This document shows positions 33,684 to 39,379 of a DNA stretch of 39,379 nucleotides, piece after piece. Each line of letters opens with the position of its first letter. Within the stretch, counting starts at the first letter, position 1. The notes under the pieces are model-generated. The model did not search any database, had not been told where the DNA came from, and was given only the letters and a program-made list of their open reading frames with translations. A program made the translations under genes and the position numbers. This DNA is from a virus (lineage: Duplodnaviria > Heunggongvirae > Uroviricota > Caudoviricetes): IMG/VR virus record IMGVR_UViG_2778261458_000007. One strand, 5' to 3'.

Positions 33684-33700
33684 ATTACCTGAAAGGTAAT
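33684..33700. promoter_or_regulatory. Operator site 13: ATTACCTGAAAGGTAAT (perfect palindrome)
   Basis: In divergent region between LexA-boxed small gene and tailspike gene; preceded by TTGCAA. Confidence 0.6.
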
Positions 33701-33803
33701 ATCTATTCATATTCACAGTCTTTCTATCCATATGTGGTTTTTCAGGTAATAGAATAACCAGATATGCGGCGCAACGGGTGCTGCGACTATCTGGAGATTT
33801 AAC

Positions 33804-36077
33804 ATGACGGTCTCAACCGAAGTTGACCACAACGAATACACCGGTAACGGCGCTACGACATCATTTCCGTATACCTTCCGTATTTTCAAAAAATCCGACC
33901 TGGTTGTTCAGGTGTCTGACCTGAACGGGAACGTAACAGAATTGGTTCTGGATACCGGTTATGCGGTAACTGGGGCGGGCACTTATAGTGGCGGTTCTGT
34001 TGTTCTGCCGTCTCCGCTTGCTGCTGGCTGGCGAATTACGATAGATCGTGTGCTTGATGTAGTGCAGGAGACAGATCTTCGCAATCAGGGAAAATTTTTC
34101 CCCGAAGTGCATGAAGATGCTTTTGACTACCTGACGATGCTGATCCAGCAATGTTTTGGGTGGTTCAGACGTGCATTGATGAAACCATCTTTGCTTGCAA
34201 AATATTACGATGCAAAGCAAAACAGAATTTCTAACCTTGCAGATCCATCACTTGAGCAGGACGCTGTAAATAATCGCTCAATGCGTAATTATGTCGATGC
34301 TGCAATCGCCGGGGTTGTTGGTGGTTTTGGTTGGTTTATTCAGTATGGTTCTGGGGCAGTATACAGAACGTTCCAGGATAAAATGCGTGACATATACAGT
34401 GTCAAGGATTTTGGTGCTATAGGTGACGGTGTGATCAATGATACTGCTGCGATCGCATATGCGTCTGTGAATCAGATGATAGATCTTGGGCGCGGGATTT
34501 ACAAAGTGGACTCCTTGTCACTTGCCCTTGGGGCAATATCGTCTGGAGCTACAATAACCCTTAGCGGACGTCACGAAAATATTATCTCTCCTCTTTTTGC
34601 TGGTGAGTTAATAGGTAATCTTACCATACAGGGGGACTCGCCTGTGACATTAAGTGTCATATCCGCCAGTATTTCATTCTCTAGCACCTTCCAGGTAGAA
34701 TATTATGCAGATGATTTTCGCTCAGCTAAGTACCAGCTTGTAGACGTTCTGTTAAGTGGGGCAGTACAGGTCGGCAATATGCTGCTAATAAGGGCTGACC
34801 AACCAGAGTTGTCAGGCTGTTTCGAAGTGGTTGGTGTTCCTGCTGAAAATACTGCTCGGGTATTGATGCTTGCGCAAGGTTCGCTAGATATAAGTAGTTT
34901 TACCGGAACTGCTAAGGTTCTTACAACAGTTCTTCAGTTTTCCAATATTACCCCGATTGATGTGTCTGGTGGTAATCTGAAACTGGTTAATATCGGCATT
35001 CTTGGTGCTTGTTATCCAGTCAAAAATGGTTCACGTTCAAATGTGTACGATCCTCGTGGAAGCAATGGTGTATCGGGTATTGTTGCGAGAAATGGCGGTA
35101 TTGTGCTCGGCGTAGATTCTGGAATATCAGGAGTTTCAGGGACTCAGCTTGTCGGCGTCGATAGTGGGGAAATTGACTGGACAGGGTGTTTCGTATCTTG
35201 CGGTGGTCGAAATGGAATATCCGCATCATTAGGTAAACTAACCTTCGCAAGTGGCGTAGCCACGCAAAACTTGCTGGACAATGTGATAACGCAGGATCAG
35301 AGTTTCGGTTTTGCAACATCATCAATTTCTGCACATGCAGGCAGGAACGGTTATATCTCTTCAACTAACTCCACCTGCAATTTGTCAGGCAGCAACTCTC
35401 AACAAAACGGATTTATGGATCCTACCAATGGTAATGGTGCCAGTGCTTCCAGTGGAAATCTAACAGTCATTGGATGTCAAATAAAAAACAATGCTAATGC
35501 TGGCATAATAGGGATTGGAAGTTCTGACATTCGTGGGACAGGAATAAATGTCCAATGGAATTCATATGGAGTATTAATGGACACTGCTTCTCATGCATTG
35601 GTTACAGGGATAGTTAATAACAATTCTGTCACCGATTTACTGGCACGTAACCGGGGTAAAATAGAAGCTATTAATGTAACGCACACGACGTCAAAACCAC
35701 AAGTTAACCTTACAGACGGAACTGGAGCATTGGTTCAGAATACATCCGGAATTGATGATTTTCGTACCTCTGGCGGGCTGGAAGTTGCCGGAGGTGGAGT
35801 TATAAAAAAGGTTATCCGAATGCGAGTTACAGGTGTCGATTTTCCAACTGTTCCTGCTGGTAGCCAGCAATCGGTATCGGTATCAGTGCCTGGCGTCATA
35901 TCGTCTTATGAAAACGTAGTAATAGTGCAGAGAGACTCTACTAATAACAGGTCTGGATTGATGTATGAAGCAATTGTATCTTCAGATAATACTGTGCTTA
36001 TAACTTGTAATAACTTCTCTACATCAGAGATAGACCCTCCTGCTGAAAACTTCAATCTGGTTGTTTTTTCTTTCTAA
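33804..36077 (+). CDS. Tailspike protein (N-terminal particle-binding domain plus beta-helix receptor-binding domain)
   Basis: 757-aa ORF; N-terminus MTVSTEVDHNEYTGNGATTSFPYTF typical of podovirus tailspikes; VKDFGAIGDGVINDTAAI motif typical of pectate-lyase-like beta-helix. Confidence 0.8.
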   Translation: MTVSTEVDHNEYTGNGATTSFPYTFRIFKKSDLVVQVSDLNGNVTELVLDTGYAVTGAGTYSGGSVVLPSPLAAGWRITIDRVLDVVQETDLRNQGKFFPEVHEDAFDYLTMLIQQCFGWFRRALMKPSLLAKYYDAKQNRISNLADPSLEQDAVNNRSMRNYVDAAIAGVVGGFGWFIQYGSGAVYRTFQDKMRDIYSVKDFGAIGDGVINDTAAIAYASVNQMIDLGRGIYKVDSLSLALGAISSGATITLSGRHENIISPLFAGELIGNLTIQGDSPVTLSVISASISFSSTFQVEYYADDFRSAKYQLVDVLLSGAVQVGNMLLIRADQPELSGCFEVVGVPAENTARVLMLAQGSLDISSFTGTAKVLTTVLQFSNITPIDVSGGNLKLVNIGILGACYPVKNGSRSNVYDPRGSNGVSGIVARNGGIVLGVDSGISGVSGTQLVGVDSGEIDWTGCFVSCGGRNGISASLGKLTFASGVATQNLLDNVITQDQSFGFATSSISAHAGRNGYISSTNSTCNLSGSNSQQNGFMDPTNGNGASASSGNLTVIGCQIKNNANAGIIGIGSSDIRGTGINVQWNSYGVLMDTASHALVTGIVNNNSVTDLLARNRGKIEAINVTHTTSKPQVNLTDGTGALVQNTSGIDDFRTSGGLEVAGGGVIKKVIRMRVTGVDFPTVPAGSQQSVSVSVPGVISSYENVVIVQRDSTNNRSGLMYEAIVSSDNTVLITCNNFSTSEIDPPAENFNLVVFSF

Positions 36078-36289
36078 TGGTATCGCTGAAATTCGTTTCC
36101 AGTCATGTAAAGTTGAATGCTAAGAAATGTTGGTTTCATGAACAATCATCCGCTGAGTATCTATTATGCGATTTATTAATCGCAATGATACGCAATCACA
36201 ATAAATGGTAACGATTATTCATAAATGGTTTGTTGTGTATAATGACTCTCATCTTTCAGCCGAGGCATCATGCACAACAAACGGTGTTT

Positions 36290-36697
36290 ATGATGAATAC
36301 AACGTTTACGACAGATTCTATAAATCAAGGTTTAAGCCTTAGTGCACTGGCGTCAGTATTGGTTGGTGTTCCGACAGAGGTGGCGCTCGGTGCTTTGTCA
36401 GGAGCGGTAATTTTTGTTACCTCTGCTGTTGAGTATCCCATTCATCGCCGGATTCTCCTATCTATGCTCAGCTTCCTCTGCGGCCTTCTCTTTTACAAAC
36501 CTACAGCATCCATCCTTATCGGTGTAGCCAGCCTGATCCCTACCATCACGCAGGACTCTTTCGAGAAAGGGATCGTCTTCTCTGCTGGCGCATTTGTGTC
36601 ATCAATTGTCGCCGTGCGAATTGGTATATGGCTTTATCACCGTTCCGATAATCCACGAGAGTTAATTCCGGGGAGAAAAGACGATGGCAACGCATGA
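36290..36697 (+). CDS. Holin-like membrane protein
   Basis: Adjacent Met codons (MMNTTF) then three to four hydrophobic segments; first gene of lysis cassette; the ORF-track start at 36230 is TTG and unlikely. Confidence 0.5.
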   Translation: MMNTTFTTDSINQGLSLSALASVLVGVPTEVALGALSGAVIFVTSAVEYPIHRRILLSMLSFLCGLLFYKPTASILIGVASLIPTITQDSFEKGIVFSAGAFVSSIVAVRIGIWLYHRSDNPRELIPGRKDDGNA

Positions 36698-36992
36698 GCT
36701 TTTTTTGCTTATCACCAATGCAGTTATTTGTACTGGCATAGCAATTCGTGTTGTCACATTCCGGCGTAACGGATCTCAACACCGAAGATGGGGAGGTTGG
36801 CTTGCTTATTTTCTGATTGTTGCTGCGGCCAGTATTCCAGTTCGTGCTGTCTATGCAATCTGGCTACGCACGCCAATGGCTGTGGATTTATCTGAGATCA
36901 TTATCAACGCTGTCATGCTTGCTGCGGTTCTTAAAACTCGCGGTAACGTCGTTCAGATTTTCAAAATAACGAGGTCTAAACATGGAGATTAA
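36684..36992 (+). CDS. Second holin-like membrane protein
   Basis: 102-aa ORF with three hydrophobic segments, overlapping neighbours in lysis cassette. Confidence 0.5.
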   Translation: MATHELFLLITNAVICTGIAIRVVTFRRNGSQHRRWGGWLAYFLIVAAASIPVRAVYAIWLRTPMAVDLSEIIINAVMLAAVLKTRGNVVQIFKITRSKHGD

Positions 36993-37611
36993 ACAATTCC
37001 AGCGAGCTGCTGGTATTAGCGAGGCGCTGGCCGCTCGCTGGTTCTCGCATATAACTTCTGCGATGAAAGAGTTTGGTATCAGCAAAGCAGAAGATCAGGC
37101 AATGTTTATTGCTCAAGTCGGGCATGAGTCTGTGGGCTTCACCAGGTTGCAGGAGAATTTCAACTACAGTGTCAGCGGACTGGCTAACTTCGTTCGGGCT
37201 GGGCGTCTCACTCAGTGGCAGGCTAATGCACTTGGTCGCCGTGCTGGTGAACCACCATTGCCACTCGAGCGCCAGCGCGCGATCGCAAATCTGGTGTACA
37301 GCAAACGCATGGGGAACAATGCCCCTGGTGATGGCTGGAATTACCGAGGGCGCGGACTTATCCAGATTACCGGTTTGAATAACTATCGTGATTGCGGAAA
37401 CGGTCTGAAGGTTGACCTGCTGGAGAGTCCTGAACTGCTGGCGCAGGACGAATATGCGGCCCGTAGCGCGGCGTGGTTCTTCGTTAGCAAAGGATGCATG
37501 AAGTATACCGGCGATATTGCACGTGTAACTCTGATTATCAATGGTGGCCGGAACGGCATCGACGACCGGCGCGCGCGGTACATCACTGCCAGTAAGGTGC
37601 TGGCGGTATGA
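36982..37611 (+). CDS. Endolysin, glycoside hydrolase family 19-like
   Basis: Motifs FIAQVGHES and GRGLIQITG typical of GH19 phage endolysins; RBS GAGGT. Confidence 0.75.
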   Translation: MEIKQFQRAAGISEALAARWFSHITSAMKEFGISKAEDQAMFIAQVGHESVGFTRLQENFNYSVSGLANFVRAGRLTQWQANALGRRAGEPPLPLERQRAIANLVYSKRMGNNAPGDGWNYRGRGLIQITGLNNYRDCGNGLKVDLLESPELLAQDEYAARSAAWFFVSKGCMKYTGDIARVTLIINGGRNGIDDRRARYITASKVLAV

Positions 37612-38090
37612 TCTGGGCATTCGTAAAAGCATACTGGAAACAGTTGCTTATCGTGGCGGTGCCTGCTGTTCTGGTCATATCAGGAGTTGTTGCCTGGAAT
37701 GTACACGGTAGCCGTCAGTACGACGCCGGGTATGCGCAGGCGAAAGAAGACCGCAAAGCCGAAGAAGAAAAAGTTCGTCAGTACTACGAACAGGAGAAAG
37801 CGACCAATGAACGTGAAGCTCAGCAGAGGATCGACCAGGCGCGCAATGATGCTCTTGATGCTGCCGCTCGCGCTGGCCGGTTGCAGCAACAACTCTTTGC
37901 CATCCGTGAGCAGCTCAGGCAGTATAACGCCATTGTCGGCGCTGGGACGTCAGCCGCAGACACCGGAGTTTTGCTTGCCGACGTGCTCAGCAAATCTCTC
38001 GAGAGAAACAGACAACTGGCAGAGTATGCTGACCGGGCAGCCGAAGCCGGAAGAGTCTGCGAAAAACAGTACGACACACTGACCAGATAG
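37608..38090 (+). CDS. i-spanin (Rz-like)
   Basis: N-terminal TM segment then charged coiled-coil region; start overlaps endolysin stop (ATGA). Confidence 0.6.
   Translation: MIWAFVKAYWKQLLIVAVPAVLVISGVVAWNVHGSRQYDAGYAQAKEDRKAEEEKVRQYYEQEKATNEREAQQRIDQARNDALDAAARAGRLQQQLFAIREQLRQYNAIVGAGTSAADTGVLLADVLSKSLERNRQLAEYADRAAEAGRVCEKQYDTLTR
37807..38082 (+). CDS. o-spanin (Rz1-like lipoprotein) embedded in +1 frame of i-spanin gene
   Basis: ATG 37807 with AGGAGAAAG RBS; signal peptide with lipobox LAGC; Pro/Ser-rich mature part; entirely within Rz-like gene. Confidence 0.55.
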   Translation: MNVKLSRGSTRRAMMLLMLPLALAGCSNNSLPSVSSSGSITPLSALGRQPQTPEFCLPTCSANLSRETDNWQSMLTGQPKPEESAKNSTTH

Positions 38091-38171
38091 CATGGCATTT
38101 TTCATGGTACTGATTTCCGGTGACGGTATATAAAACGGTACAGTGAAAATCACGTTTCGGAAAGTTGTTAT

Positions 38172-38208
38172 CACTCAATTATTTATGCATGCCGTAAATA
38201 ATTGAGTG
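38172..38208. other. 37-bp near-perfect palindrome (14-bp arms CACTCAATTATTTA / TAAATAATTGAGTG)
   Basis: Inverted repeat with 9-nt loop TGCATGCCG between spanin stop and bidirectional terminator, near expected prophage-host junction. Confidence 0.5.
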
Positions 38209-38240
38209 GAATGATTTTGATCCCTGCACTATGAATGAAC

Positions 38241-38270
38241 AAAACCCTCTGTTACTACAGAGGGTTTTTT
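38241..38270. terminator. Bidirectional intrinsic terminator at prophage right end
   Basis: Hairpin CCCTCTGT-TACT-ACAGAGGG flanked by AAAA upstream and TTTTTT downstream. Confidence 0.7.
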
Positions 38271-38308
38271 ATACTCACGAATCATAGGCTTGAAGTTACT
38301 GACATCGC

Positions 38309-38848
38309 TTAGTTAAACCAGCTGTCCGATTTGTTCTCTTCTGCTTTGCCCACGCTTTTCATCAGATCTCGACCGCCCTCAGTCATATTCCTGTTTGCGT
38401 CAGCTTCAGATTGCACCACATCGGTTTGCGCAGCTTTGTGCTTCAGTTCCTGATCGATAGATTCGTTTTCTCGCTTAACGCGGGCTTCTTCTTTCGCCAG
38501 CGCCAGTTTTTGTTTCTGAATCTCTAAGCTGCGTAGCTCATCTTCATAACTTTGATCGCGTTTTTTGTCCGCAGAGGCTTCGGCGTCCAGTTTATCCTGA
38601 CGAGCTTTCTTATTTGCCGCTGCCGTTGCCGCTCTTTTGTTAGCGGCGGCCTGGGCGTTTGCGCGACGTTGCTTCTCTTGCTGGATTTCCCTGTTGCGCT
38701 CCGCGACCCATTCGTCATGCTGCCTTTGCTCTTCATTTTTACCTTGCTGTTCCGCTTCTGCGACAGCAGAGAGTTGATCCTGCAATGATGAGGCGATAGC
38801 CGGATAGCTTAAGGAGGCTAAGATGGCGCAAAGAAAAACTTTCTTCAT
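38309..38848 (-). CDS. Secreted coiled-coil protein (host-like)
   Basis: Signal peptide MKKVFLCAILASLSYPAIA then Gln/Lys/Glu-rich sequence; lies beyond phage lysis cassette and bidirectional terminator. Confidence 0.45.
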   Translation of the reverse strand: MKKVFLCAILASLSYPAIASSLQDQLSAVAEAEQQGKNEEQRQHDEWVAERNREIQQEKQRRANAQAAANKRAATAAANKKARQDKLDAEASADKKRDQSYEDELRSLEIQKQKLALAKEEARVKRENESIDQELKHKAAQTDVVQSEADANRNMTEGGRDLMKSVGKAEENKSDSWFN

Positions 38849-38863
38849 GACTCCTCCTGATCA

Positions 38864-39379
38864 TTAGCTCTTTTCAGGACATTTGGTATTTGGCTGAATA
38901 CGCGTTTCGTTATACGTCGTGGTAATAACAACGGCTAAACCTGTCGTAAACTGGCACTCTTTACCCACCTGGGTGGAGGTATACACTTTGGTGCCTTCCT
39001 TATACGTTAGAGAAACACCTTCCACTAAGGTTTTATCATTCACCATAGAACCCGCTGCCGCGCCAACAGCTCCGCCGCCAACTGCACCTGCCGTCGTTCC
39101 GGAATTGCTGCCAGACCCGACGTTGTGGCCAATAACACCGCCAGCGACTGCACCAATAAGCGCGCCGAAGGCTTGTGCGTTTCGTTTATTTTGGGAGTTG
39201 TCTACGGCAACTTTTGCGGGAAGAATGGAAATAATATTAACGGTTTTAGTTTCTTGTTTGGTATTCAGTTGATCGGTTTGATAAACATCGGCGGCATGAT
39301 CATCAGCATTTGACTGGCATCCTGCCAGAGTGAATGACGCTAACATTGCCACAGGCAGAAGACATTTTTTAAATTTCAT
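38864..39379 (-). CDS. Glycine-zipper outer-membrane lipoprotein (YcfJ-like)
   Basis: Lipobox LAGC; Gly-zipper GALIGAVAGGVIGHNVGSGS...GAVGGGAVGAAAG; start at window edge. Confidence 0.55.
   Translation of the reverse strand: MKFKKCLLPVAMLASFTLAGCQSNADDHAADVYQTDQLNTKQETKTVNIISILPAKVAVDNSQNKRNAQAFGALIGAVAGGVIGHNVGSGSNSGTTAGAVGGGAVGAAAGSMVNDKTLVEGVSLTYKEGTKVYTSTQVGKECQFTTGLAVVITTTYNETRIQPNTKCPEKS

Overview
The window is an almost complete temperate prophage with podovirus-type structural genes (T7-like portal and tail tubular proteins, three large ejection proteins, a beta-helix tailspike, GH19 endolysin). The architecture resembles epsilon15/phiV10-like phages, but that is an inference from remembered protein families, not a search result. 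It runs from a P4-type integrase at position 1 to a spanin-terminated lysis cassette ending near 38.1 kb, followed by two host-like genes. Order: int; leftward early operon (small genes, RecE-like exonuclease, RecT, AlpA-like, MT-A70 methylase); CI-like repressor divergent from a cro-like gene; O/P-type replication; small nin-like genes; terS/terL; a minus-strand insert (gp49-like gene plus tRNA-Arg UCU); head; tail and ejection proteins; lipoprotein; a minus-strand accessory block (low-GC membrane-protein operon, Bro-N antirepressor, small LexA-boxed antirepressor-like gene); tailspike; lysis. Most notable: (1) a dispersed family of at least 13 palindromic 17-bp operators (TTACC-N5-GGTAA) at nearly every operon junction; (2) a canonical LexA box on a small antirepressor-like gene, paired with a repressor that has no recognisable self-cleavage domain; (3) a perfect 12-bp palindrome GTGACATGTCAC present three times at operon ends; (4) a low-GC operon of uncharacterised membrane proteins under an operator-overlapped promoter, the best candidate for an undescribed accessory or defence function. 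All coordinates were derived by hand; protein family calls rest on recognisable motifs and should be confirmed by HMM or structure search.
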